A stretch of DNA of 64,000 nt from Convolutriloba macropyga (lineage: Eukaryota): the NCBI RefSeq assembly GCF_964194025.1, contig NC_134476.1, positions 61,752,001 to 61,816,000 of the forward strand. The letters run 5' to 3'. Below are positions 39,781 through 50,908 of this stretch, one piece after another. Position 1 is the stretch's first letter. The number at the start of each line of letters is the position of its first letter. Below the pieces are notes generated by a model. That model was given only the letters and a program-made list of their open reading frames with translations, made no database searches and was not told the DNA's origin. The position numbers were made by a program, and so were the translations under genes.

Positions 39781-41586
39781 AAATCGATGCAGAAAAATAC
39801 CAGAAGAACTTCAGTAATCAGATCCTTGACTCCTTATTTCGTCTAAGTATTAGCGATTCAAGTTATTCGCGAGAAATAACCAGAATAACTTGAATTTCAA
39901 TTCATTGAATATAGAAAATGTCGACAAGATACTTAAGAGCAAGTGATGAGGAACAAAATGAGGAATATAACAACAGGAGAATTTGAGAACAAACCTTTTC
40001 AATATCACTCAGTGTGATATTGAACTTTTCATCAGAAAACATTTGAAAACCCAAGAACCTTAAAATGAAGCTTCATCGCCAAACCATTTTTGCAAACCAA
40101 CTTATAAAACGTGCAAAGAAACTACGCAAAAAACTATTAGGTGATGAAAACGAGCAAAATAGACAAAAATCGACAAGCTGGCCAAAACTTGATGCAATTT
40201 AAAGATATCTTTTACCAAAACAACAAATAATCGGACATAAGGAATTAAAATCATGAGAAAACAAAAAATGAGAAAAAAATAGCCTTAAAATTTGCAACCC
40301 AAAAAAAATGAAGCCAACACTATTGCTAAATACACATTTGAAATAGCAAAAAAGCAATTATATCTACATTAAAATGATTCCTTTAAATATTATAAAGTAC
40401 GCCACAAAAGGCGAACTGAATTGCCGGAAAATAGCTGTGACAGCTATCTCAAAAGACATCTCAAAGACAAAACAAAAGATTGAGCCCTAAAAGAATTGTA
40501 AATACTTTTTGACTTAGTTTTATGTTGACTAGATTTATGTAATGTAAAACTGCCTTCAAATAACAGTGAATGAGAAAGAGATACATAAGTAAAAAGTCGA
40601 TTTGAGAGCAAAAAGAAGTCATCTTGAGGGCGAGGAGAGAAATATGACCAAATTTTAGTCTAAAGCTCAACACAGTCTTAAAATTCATTAATTAATAAAA
40701 GCTGTTTGTCAGCGTGACGTCAATAAACCGTAACAAAAATTTTGAAAAAAAAATAGAAAACCAAAAGCGGGCCAATTACAGCTTCTTTCAGCAATTTCAG
40801 CAGTGAAAATTGCTCCGAAAAAGCCACAGATTAACAAATTTTCCACGCTCAGCCAAAGGTTTTCAGAGGTACATTTCTCGCACTTTTTAATAGCGGTATG
40901 CAAAAAAGACCACTCTCCCTACTGTTCAATTTACTGTTTCAAAGTTCACCCCACTTATATAAAAAAACACGTTCTTCGCAATTATTCTAGTCTTAAAAAC
41001 TGCGGAAATATGAACAGCCCGCTGATTAGTCAGAACAATTTTTCAAGCAAAGATATCTGTGCATCTGGAGCAATTCATCCGGAACAATCGACTGTCGTCG
41101 GAAAAATTGCTGGCGAACGACAGACGGGGGTTCAATTGTATCCTGGTTCAGCCGGATGTATTCCATCACTGGGTTGCAATTTAGGTCACGCAAAAATCGA
41201 TAAGTCAAGCGCGAAAAAGTCACTCGAAAATCAAAGCGTCCGACGAACATCAATTGTTCAAGAGAAAAATTACATTAAAATGATCAACAGGACCCAAATA
41301 ATTGCAACAAACTTTGTTATAGAGGTGATTATAATTCACCATTGATTAGTCTCTATTTTCCGCTAACAGAAACGGTAGCTAATTCTCATGTCAAGGACGA
41401 TGATCATCTCCAATTGTTGGTTAAAATTTTAAAAATCTCTATCAAGTCATTAAATGGATAACTTCCATATAATAGTAAAAGTTGATAATACTGTAACTTT
41501 GCATACGAAAAATCCATATTTTGTAATGCGGTATAAGAAATTGAACTTAACAACAGGACCACAATTAGAATTGTTGTTTGCCTCAC

Positions 41587-41664
41587 CTGACGACTTCGTC
41601 CATTCTCTCTTGCACCTGATCACTGTGGTCAAGTAGTGCATTGTAGAGGCCAGTCCAGGGCCAC
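41587..41664 (-). CDS. UGT-like protein, exon 3
   Basis: ttgag|G TGG CCC...GTC AG|gtgagg; phase 2-2 links exons 2 and 4; GAG acceptor is unusual. Confidence 0.55.
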
Positions 41665-41864
41665 CTCAAATTAAACATACACTTCAAGTCTTGGTTGCAG
41701 TAACTGCCTTTCAACATAGCAAAAATGTACAAACAGAACAAGAATCATTATTACATACCAGACACAGTTCTGTCTGGACGAGTTTAAGAGTTCGTATACT
41801 AACGAGCAAGTTATTCATCAGGTTAATCTAACTCAAATCAGGCCAAGACTATTCACAGTTTAAA

Positions 41865-42050
41865 AATCTAAACCGACAAACGTCGGCAGAACAGCTCTCG
41901 AAGGACTGTCGAGGCAAACGATTTAGAAGACGTATAGTCTAGATAGATAAACTTTATGGAGCAAAAACTTGTGAATGGTCAAGCAACAAAATTTTGCATA
42001 AAAAAACACGTTCACAATAACTGCCTCAAACTTCCTTCGAGAGCAATTAA
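41865..42050 (-). mobile_element. Short HINE family B copy
   Basis: CCGAC-aaac-GTCGG hairpin; perfect ATIR GCTCTCGAAGGA (41894) / TCCTTCGAGAGC (42033). Confidence 0.75.
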
Positions 42051-42110
42051 AAACGGTGGAAATATGCAACTTTTCAGTAAGAAAGTGCAGAGACTGGTTT
42101 ACTGGCAAAC

Positions 42111-42278
42111 CTGTTCTCGTCAAGTGGAAATTTCTTTTCAGGTACGAGTGTTGTGTTGACCCATGGCTTGTCAGAGAAGACCTGAACATTGGGCAGTTTA
42201 ACTGAGTCAGCACAAGACTCATCTGTGATGAAGTAGTTGTTCACGTCTCCATTGGCCATGTTATATGCCACTGATTTG
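42111..42278 (-). CDS. UGT-like protein, exon 2
   Basis: tatag|C AAA TCA...AAC AG|gtttgc; KSVAYNMANGDVNNYFIT resembles UGT 'K.VA.EL..RGH.VTV'. Confidence 0.65.
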
Positions 42279-43118
42279 CTATAATCAAAAGAGCAGTCAT
42301 AATTCTGTATATTAACACTTATTCAACATTATCAGTGAAGTGTTTTGGCTTAATCGGAATAGAAAGTGACAGCCCAAAGTGGGTACCACGAAGAGGAGCT
42401 CGGGAAGGGCTAAAAGAACCTTGATTTTTTGGCTTTTGAATAAAATTATTACAAGGAAATTTTCTCTTCGTTTTGTTTTCCAACAGATTTGTGTATTGAA
42501 ATATTTATAGTTAAATCATTAATTGAGTTTTCTAGCAATTATATCAATATGATTTAATATTTTTGTATCCGCCTCAACCCCACCCCACCACAAACTTTTC
42601 ATTTTTGCCTAACAGCTCCCTATTTCAAGGTGCAATAAAAAATAAAAATTATATAAATCAAAAGTAATCTCTAAGAGCTACAATAGGTTTAAGGTATGCT
42701 CTTATAAGGTATCAAGAAGAAGAGAAGGAGCTCGCGAAAGGTTAAAATATTTTCAATTTTTGTCTATTGAATACAAAATTATCAAAATTTGCTGTTTTCT
42801 TTTCAAACGAATTGTATATTCAAACATAATTACAGGCAAATGATTTAATGAGAATTTTCTAGCAATTAATATATAACTATCGGCCTCAACCCCACCCCCC
42901 CCCCCCCCCCCCCCCAAGAACTTTATTTTTCCCTTTTCCTGTCTCACTTTCAATTTTTAAAACAGCTTCCTTTTTTCAACGTGCAATAAAATTAATAGCC
43001 TTTGTATAGAAATCAAAACTAGCTTTCAAGGACTTTCTCTTTCTTCTTTATGATCAACAACAATATGATCACGCACAAAATATACACCGTAACTTATTAG
43101 AATAAGTCATTGAGTTAC

Positions 43119-43240
43119 CTGAACTCTGTATCATGTTTGCAAGATGTTACAAAAGCAATCGTAGCTGACTCAACTGAAGGCCAGTAAACGCACATCGCAA
43201 CATAACACAGCCAATACAGGCGACCATAAGAAGGCTCCAT
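43119..43240 (-). CDS. UGT-like protein, exon 1 (signal peptide)
   Basis: MEPSYGRLYWLCYVAMCVYWPSVESA|TIAFVTSCKHD; donor AG|gtaact; the five exons sum to 1614 nt = 537 aa, typical of animal UGTs. Confidence 0.7.
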
Positions 43241-43569
43241 GTCGCTGAAGTTAACCCGAATTAAACCCGGTAGTCCATTAAATGCATTATTACATTTAGT
43301 GATCTGAAATTTGGCAAAAAATATGACATGATTGACAGCTCTACTGTCAATAAAATGTACATTTGAAATTTGCGCTTTAACGAATTCCATTCAGTTAACC
43401 AGTAACTGTTAAACTCAACTAAATTTTAACAGTTTAAATTGTTCTGCACAATTTTCACTTCGTTCAAGAGTAATTAAAAAGACGCCCTTCTACAATTAAA
43501 ATTCTTTGAATTATAAAAAACCACGATGAGACAAAGAATAGCCTGGCCCTAGCTTCGCGGCTATTAATA

Positions 43570-44645
43570 AAAAAAGCTGTCAGATTGTCAGAAAATAGAC
43601 TCAAAAGATAAAAGAAACTGACCAAAAAAGTAATTTCTTTTTTATTAAAGGCTGAGAAGCCCTCAAATACCCTTCAAATAGAGTGCCCCGCACTCTGAAT
43701 TAAATTAAAGAAAAGTCAAGTTCAGAGTGAGGAAGTCATTTGTGAGATTGAGTCACGTGTGACCAAAATCTTAGACACGCCAATGTACAAAAAAATCGCT
43801 CCAGTCGTCACGCACGCAATTCAGCTGAAATTGCATGAACGAATGAGCAAAAAGAAGATTTAAAGTGATTTTGACACCATATGGTCGTAACAAATAACCT
43901 GTTGACAAAATATCGCAGATATATTTTTATATTTTAATGCTTTACGATTTAATATTTTAATGTTTTACATATAATATTTTACGATTTAATGTTTTAAGAT
44001 TACAAAGAGGGATTAATACCGCAATTAATCTGACGCACAATTCTTTATGGAACGCGCTTCCGTCACATATATTTTCCGGTGAAAAGCAGTCTTCATTTTT
44101 CAACTTTCAGTTTATAGAAAATAACTGACCGGAATTTCCAAACAATGCACCGCCTTTTCGTCCGCTACAATCAAAAGTATGTTTCACGCGAACAATATAT
44201 CAACCTAGAAAAAGTGAAATCTGATAATAAAAAAGGGTTAATTTACCCAAATTTGGTACCGGTAGACACCCGTAATGCATGAATGGATTAGGAAAACCAT
44301 TCACAACATACCAAAAATCGAAAACAGTAAAAATTAATGTCAAAATGCCGCATGTGAACAAAAAACCACAAGCGAGAAAGCAAAATTTAATTTTAAAAAA
44401 TTCTCACTAAACTTTAAAATTAATGAAAAAATTTAACTCCACAAAACCACTCGCTTTTTCGCTGCATTTCTGGTTTCGGCATGACCAAAATCATCATTTC
44501 AATTTGACTTCAAAAATCATGAAAATGTGTGTGATCAGATCTTTAAAAAAAGACAGCGCCCCAATACTATTCAAATTCTTTGAGCTGTAAAAAACCAAGA
44601 GAAGGCCAATAAGAGCCCCAGCTATCGCTTTGCGTCTACATTAAA
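43570..44645 (-). mobile_element. HINE family A containing family D
   Basis: Body matches 10920-11285 (A) and 11520-11790 (D); stacked D then A ends at 44550-44643. Confidence 0.7.
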
Positions 44646-44938
44646 TTTTGTAGGATTCTTATTCTTATGAAGTTGAAGTGTTTTTTTTCAAATTCTAACC
44701 AAAACAGTCCGAATCATCGATGAAAGCCATTGCGTTGCCGCTAGTTAAGATTTATTTCTCAATTCGCCTCTTGAACGTAAATAGTCTCAGCTGCTGCTTA
44801 TAATGAGTTCAAAATGATCAATTCCAAGTTGAATTCAACTGCATCGTTACACCAAAAACAAAGTTTAACTTAACATTCGATTTCAACTGGTACCTCAAAA
44901 ACAGTAACCACAGCAGCTTTATGAAAAAGGCATATTCG

Positions 44939-45715
44939 TCACTCTTTTTCAGCCAGCTTTTCTTTTCTGCCTCCCCTGATGAGACCAGTTCTTCTGGCCG
45001 CAATCAGACCGACCTTTCGTCCAGGTGGAGTTGAACGCTTAACAGTACTTGGAGATCCAATATGCTGGTGGTTACCTCCACCGTGCGGGTGCTCCACAGG
45101 GTTCATCGCCACACCTCTCACAACTGGCCAGCACTTTCTCTTAGCCTTGAATTTATGGTATGCGCGACCTGCCTTCAACAGAGGCTTCTCAGTACGTCCA
45201 CCACCAGCAACAATTCCAATCATGGCTCTGTTCTTTGAAGACACAATCTTTTTAAGACCAGAAGGCAGTCTGATTCGTGTCTTTTGGGTGTCGGTGTTAT
45301 GCGAGATTACTGCACAAAAGTCACCCGATGCCCTCGCCAACCTACCGCGATCACCTGTTTTCTCTTCAACTGAACAGACTAAAGTACCCTCTGGGATGTT
45401 GCCAATAGGCAGGACATTTCCAGTTGTCAAAGCTGCTTTCTTTCCCGCATAAATGTACTGGCCAGTAAATAACCCTTCGGAAGCAATGAACAGCTCCTTC
45501 CTCTTTTTGAACTTGTATGGATCTCTGAACTCCACGACAGCCAAGGGGGCTCCTCGTCCAGGGTCGTGGATGATATCCTTGACCAGTCCTCGCATGTAAC
45601 CCTTGCGTTCACTGTAGTCCAGGTTTCTCAGCTTGGGAACACCCTTTCGATGTTTCACGTGGGCTTTGAAAATGGAGCCAGCTCCCTTTCGCTGAGCTCG
45701 AATGACTCGCCCCAT
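44939..45715 (-). CDS. RPL8: 60S ribosomal protein L8 (uL2), uninterrupted CDS
   Basis: [16 protein letters not shown]...[12 protein letters not shown]...[22 protein letters not shown]; 258 aa. Confidence 0.99.
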   Translation of the reverse strand: MGRVIRAQRKGAGSIFKAHVKHRKGVPKLRNLDYSERKGYMRGLVKDIIHDPGRGAPLAVVEFRDPYKFKKRKELFIASEGLFTGQYIYAGKKAALTTGNVLPIGNIPEGTLVCSVEEKTGDRGRLARASGDFCAVISHNTDTQKTRIRLPSGLKKIVSSKNRAMIGIVAGGGRTEKPLLKAGRAYHKFKAKRKCWPVVRGVAMNPVEHPHGGGNHQHIGSPSTVKRSTPPGRKVGLIAARRTGLIRGGRKEKLAEKE

Positions 45716-48689
45716 GAATTAAACTAAAATTATGCTAACATCAAACTAAGCATTTACCTCGTGTTGGTTAATATCAGTCAAAAACGCTGTGAATCAAAAT
45801 GAGCATCCCGAAAATGCACATGAATCAAGGAAAATCCATAGGAAACAAAAACGAACAAACAAAATTCCATAAAGATGAATAACTTTTGCCAGCAAATTTT
45901 ATTCATTAAAAAATGATTTGTACTTTTTAGGGAAAAAGTCACTTTTCTTAGAGGAAAAAGTCACCAAATCAAATTCTTCTTCGAATTGATACCATTTCGA
46001 ACAAAATCGGTTTTTTTACTGATAAATCAGTTTGGCATGCCTAAAAATTTAAGGCCAGAAGCCAGTTTTATGTAAACAATCATTTTTTCTTTTTCTTCAC
46101 TTTTGCTTAATGTGACTTTTCTTTAATTTTGGTAGAATGTACACAATCATTTTTCTTTTACTTTTTTGTTAATTTTTTCTTAATGTGACTTCTTAATTTT
46201 GGTAGACTTGATGAAGTTGATTATGGGGAAAGATGTAACGAGTGGAAACGCACTTCTATTATAGTAACGGCAACGTGTTAAAAACGTTTTTAACTGAAAT
46301 TACCATTTCACTGTCTGTTGCTCTAACTAAAAACCAAAACAAACAAACCAATTGACAACATAACAATGCGAATATGAGTTCCCGAAAATCACTGTCAGAT
46401 AACTGTCGCAGCAATTACATCAAAGACGCGATCGCCAAAAAATACAGCTGAAGTCCTTAGTTTAAAAATTACTGTGGTGAAGAACAGAAGATTTTTCTAA
46501 CAAAACAAATCAAAATCTTAGTTTCAAGCTAAACGTCAAAAAAAATCATTCAATGTAGTATTATAATTATCTAGCTTGGGCAACATCTGATGAGTTGAAC
46601 TTTTCTATGTTCTCTATTTAGATTTAAGTGGGTACAGAAGTCATTTGGTTTGAGTGAGATAAGGCATGCAAGTTAACACTCAATTTAAAGAGAGTAAAAA
46701 ATGAAGCCACGCTCACAAACCAAAACTACTGACTAGACACCAAAAAAATCGCGGTTTGAATTCTTGAAAACATTGAATGGTCGTAACAGAAATAGGCAAC
46801 CAGAAGGATTAAAAAAGAAAGTCCGGAGCAATCCAACAAAATCTTAATCTTAACCTGAATATCAAAGCTTTTATAAAAATCTAGTCTTTGATTGCCAAAC
46901 GAGCATAGGACCCCAAACATACAGAAAACCAGAAACAACATAAAATATTTTCCTAACTATACTAATCTTTTCTTTTTTATCAAACGACTGTACTAATGAA
47001 AGCGGAGGTAGTATAAAAAACTTGATTTTACAAAGATTTATTTATAAGTTGCATTTCTGTTTCATTTAATTGCCGCAGACGATAACACAGTTAACTTTCT
47101 TTCAAAAAACCACTTTCTACAAAATAAAAAACTATGCATGCAGTGAAAACCGACAAAAAGAAAAAATGAATACTGAAAATCAAAATCTAGCAACATCTTT
47201 CAACGTAATATCTAAAACTGCATCATCCCATTATTCTTTTCAGCATGAAGTATTTAGTATCACCTAACATACGCACAAAGTAAACAGTTATAGAAGCAAA
47301 AACCTGAAAAAAAAACAATTGCTCTATTTACTTCAGGAAAAACTAGCCTATTTAACATTTAAGTGCTTCCGCTCAGTAACAACGCCTACAAAACATTCTA
47401 AATTAACGGTTGAATACAAAAACCTATTTGAAAAACAAAAAAGGGAAGTGTCAAAACGTTCAAAAATAGTTTTAGATTCGGGCCGAAACAAACAACTTAC
47501 AAAAACTCAAAATTGACACAAATCTTAAAATTCGTTGAGATAAAAAATACTTAAAGACAATTGCTGCATAATACAAATAAAAAGAACAAACTTTGATAAA
47601 AGCGTTAAACTCTGCAAACAATACGGGGTGGCATTCCCATATTTGGCTTGAAAAGAGGCTGTAAAACAGTCTATGTGTTCAACGAATGATTGACCACATA
47701 ACACAGCCGACATTGATTGAACAAAAAAAACAGCCGACAAATTGCCAGAAAATAGCTTTTGGTTCATTGACGTCCACCGTGATTTAAACAGAAGAAAAGG
47801 TGAAAATTTGAAGGTTTTTTCAAGTGTCAAAGTGTTCTAATTTAGTCTGCAGTTTAAGTTGGAGTACGTAATTATACTTAATTCAGTATCTAAACTGAAG
47901 GCTATTGAGGAATGCCAATGCCAGCTAGCAGCCGCTCTATAAAATATGATAGGCGCTATGACTTGAAGAACGGGCTTCATCAGTTTATCCCCCTTCTTTT
48001 TTTGCTCATTCGACCTTAAAATATTTCACCGCATTGCGGTACTCGATGAGTGAAAGAATGTAAATTCCATTACGCTGAAACATGAGTCAGAAGTCATGAG
48101 TGAAAGTCGTGCCTTGTAGAAACGTGAATCAAAAACTATACTTAATAAAAAGAAGAGCACCAAAATAAAGTCCTTCGAGAGGTCAAGGGTCTATTAAACA
48201 GCTAATTAGCAAAGAAAAAGTAGAGGAATATTCGAGAAAAACGACCAATTTATTGCACTTATTTCATTAAAATCTGTACTATCAAAATAATTACGTTCTT
48301 CCTTCTAGAACCACAGTTCAAAGAATAGATGAAGTAATGATTGCATAACATAAATTTTTATGAAGAGAAATCGGAAAACAGGCTGTGATGTTTGAACAAA
48401 AACCACTGCATTTGTGTCTTTTCTTTTGACTTTTTGAAGTACATTAACCTAACCACTTGTTTTCGCGTGTGCCATTGACTTTTACTTCCTGTTGCAATGA
48501 CACAACCGATAAAAACACAGATATCACCATAACTCCCCGAGTCGTAAGCAAGGACGCTCATCCAATACGCCACTTCCAGTAGTAAAAAAGATTAAAGTCC
48601 CAGCATACTCTTAATAAATTGAATTGTAAAAAACAGGAAGAGACCAATAACAGCCTTGCTATCACTTCGCGACTATTAGTATTGATCAA

Positions 48690-49437
48690 AATAAACCAAC
48701 TAATGGCGGAAGAGGTGCTCTTCAACGACAGGCGAGGCAATTTAATTCAGGGGCTGTAGCCCATATAAATTTTTTTTGCGTGCAACATTTGTTGCCCACA
48801 ATGGGATTCGAACCACGTACCTCCCAATCCCTCACTAGAAGCACTAGTCACTCGGCTATCAGGCCCTTCTTTTGCTATGCTACAATCAAATTTATTATAG
48901 TTGTGGTGGCGGATTCACCCGGAGAGCTGACAACCAAGTATCGCAACTAATAAAATAAACACTGATAAACTATATTACATATATTTATATTCCTGATGGA
49001 ATGAACTCATATTCCTTTTGTTGCTATATTAATGTTGAGTTTCACCAATAGGTGACAACCATATTGTAAACTTGAGTCACAGCTTTGTTACACATTGTTA
49101 CCACAAGTGCCAACTGGTACTTAGTCTAAATCACGTAGAGCGTGAAAGCTGAACTGCAGTTCTGCCTAAAGCAAAACAAGAAAGAGTTGATAATTCAAGC
49201 TTCGAACTTGCTCTTTTGCTATCTTGAGTTATTCTACACGACAATAGTAACGAGCTTTACTTCGGAGTGAGATCAATAGAGATCACTCAAAAATGAAGAA
49301 CGAATGCGTGAAAAAGTCACTTGAGAAGTCAAAGAATGTTTTAGAAAAACAGCGCAAAATGGTCAAGCAAAAAAAGTGCATAAAAAAGACCAACACATTT
49401 ACAATAATTGTTATGAACTTCGTTCAAGAGCAATTAA
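48690..49437 (-). mobile_element. HINE family B copy with tRNA-like cassette, interrupted by a solo LTR
   Basis: ATIR tgctcttcaacga / tcgttcaagagca; A box TAGCCGAGTGA, B box GGTTCGAATCC. Confidence 0.78.
48902..49243. mobile_element. Solo LTR (342 bp) with 5-bp TSD ATAGT
   Basis: ATAGT-TGTGGTG...CACGACA-ATAGT; absent from the other family B copies. Confidence 0.8.
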
Positions 49438-49853
49438 ATAGTCAAGAAAAAACACATCTCACAGAACTTGCCGAGAGCTGTGTTAATAACTACTAGCCCG
49501 TTCGTAATAACCATAACGAAAAAAATCACCTCACGTGTAAATACAAATCCAAACTTCTGATGATAGAAAAAAATGAACAGAAAAAAAGATGGATTGGATA
49601 AGTTTTATTAGATCTGAATCAGTTCAATTTGCGCCTAAAAACAAATCGAAGTAACTCTGTCCAATAAAATTTACACACAATTAAAAGTCACACACTCATA
49701 TTTCCAACAACTGAGCACACTTCAATTAGTCTCAAATTTCGTTGCAAGAAACAAGTGCATGTAAACTGAGATTGCGTGAATCAATTATCCTGAGTTTTTA
49801 TCCCTCCTTTGAGTGAATTAGGAATTGAACGAGCGAGAGCAGCACAACTGTCA

Positions 49854-49952
49854 CTAGTACTCTGGCTTCTTTCTGAAGCTGGATCCCTCGACCAATCTGG
49901 CCTTGCCTCCTGTGGGTGTACATAGAACTGTCTGGCATCCAGCACACAACAC
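49854..49952 (-). CDS. RPS27: 40S ribosomal protein S27, exon 2
   Basis: ttgcag|GTG TTG TGT..; [32 protein letters not shown] (frame not shown in the ORF track). Confidence 0.95.
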   Translation of the reverse strand: MLCAGCQTVLCTPTGGKARLVEGSSFRKKPEY

Positions 49953-50684
49953 CTGCAAACATACACAAAAAAACATAAGCAATTAACTTCAGAAGAATTC
50001 CACTCGAACGAATTGTGGGAGCTCGCATCTATTGTAGCTTGCTTCAGGCGTCGGTTTATGACGTCATTAGAGGCTATATACCGCTATAACCACTAATATA
50101 ATTTGAAGTGAAAAAATTACACCATTAACCACTTTTCATTTGACTTTTAGTAGTGAACTGCCGCCACTTGAGTTCATCTGTTGACATTTGCCAAAGGGCG
50201 CGAAATAAACTCGAAAAGTCAAAACTGTCAAGCAAAAAATTTTGCATAAAAAGACCAAAACTTTTGCAATATTTGCTTCAAACTTCATTTGAGAGCAAGG
50301 CCAACTTAATATGTTGAAAAGTTCAAGTCAGGACTCAAAAGTACTTTTTTCTGATCATGTGAAACCAATCTCAAATATCACCACTTGCCATCCATTCCAT
50401 GTCAACCCTTGAGATCGATAATACTTGCAAGTTCATATTTAAAAACAGCTCATGTTTGAGCTCATTTTGCATGCAAAAGGTTTAAAATAACTGGCTATAA
50501 AAAGCTTTATTAAAAATGTCAGCCTGAAAATCATCAGTCAATGAGAGGCTCTTACAGGAAACTGGAGATAAAAATATTAAAACCGTAGTAATAAATCGTA
50601 ATAAAATTTCGCATTTCAACACCGCATATTATTATTCAGTGGTCGCTTTTGAGTAATGCGTGAGGAAGGTGTAGAATACGACGG

Positions 50685-50731
<47 letters not shown>
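50685..50731. repeat. (GA)n microsatellite in RPS27 intron
   Basis: Direct reading. Confidence 0.95.
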
Positions 50732-50755
50732 AGTTAGTAGAGTAGGAAAACTAAC

Positions 50756-50908
50756 GACTGTCTGAGCGTGGCTGAATATTGTGGAGATGTTGAAGCAGCC
50801 AGGACACTTGACATCCATGAAGAAGGAGTTGGGTTTGGGCACTATCCTCTTCCTCTTGTGCCTGTTCTTCTCCAGACCCTTGTCCAAAATGTCATATGCA
50901 AGTGGCAT
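50756..50908 (-). CDS. RPS27: 40S ribosomal protein S27, exon 1
   Basis: MPLAYDIL...[26 protein letters not shown]|gttagt; total 83 aa with CxxC/CxxC zinc ribbon. Confidence 0.96.

Noticed and set aside
40803-41345. 180-aa plus-strand ORF
   Set aside because: GTG start, antisense within an intron, overlaps a B-like repeat, no recognisable domain
44979-45452. 157-aa antisense ORF
   Set aside because: Shadow of the RPL8 coding sequence
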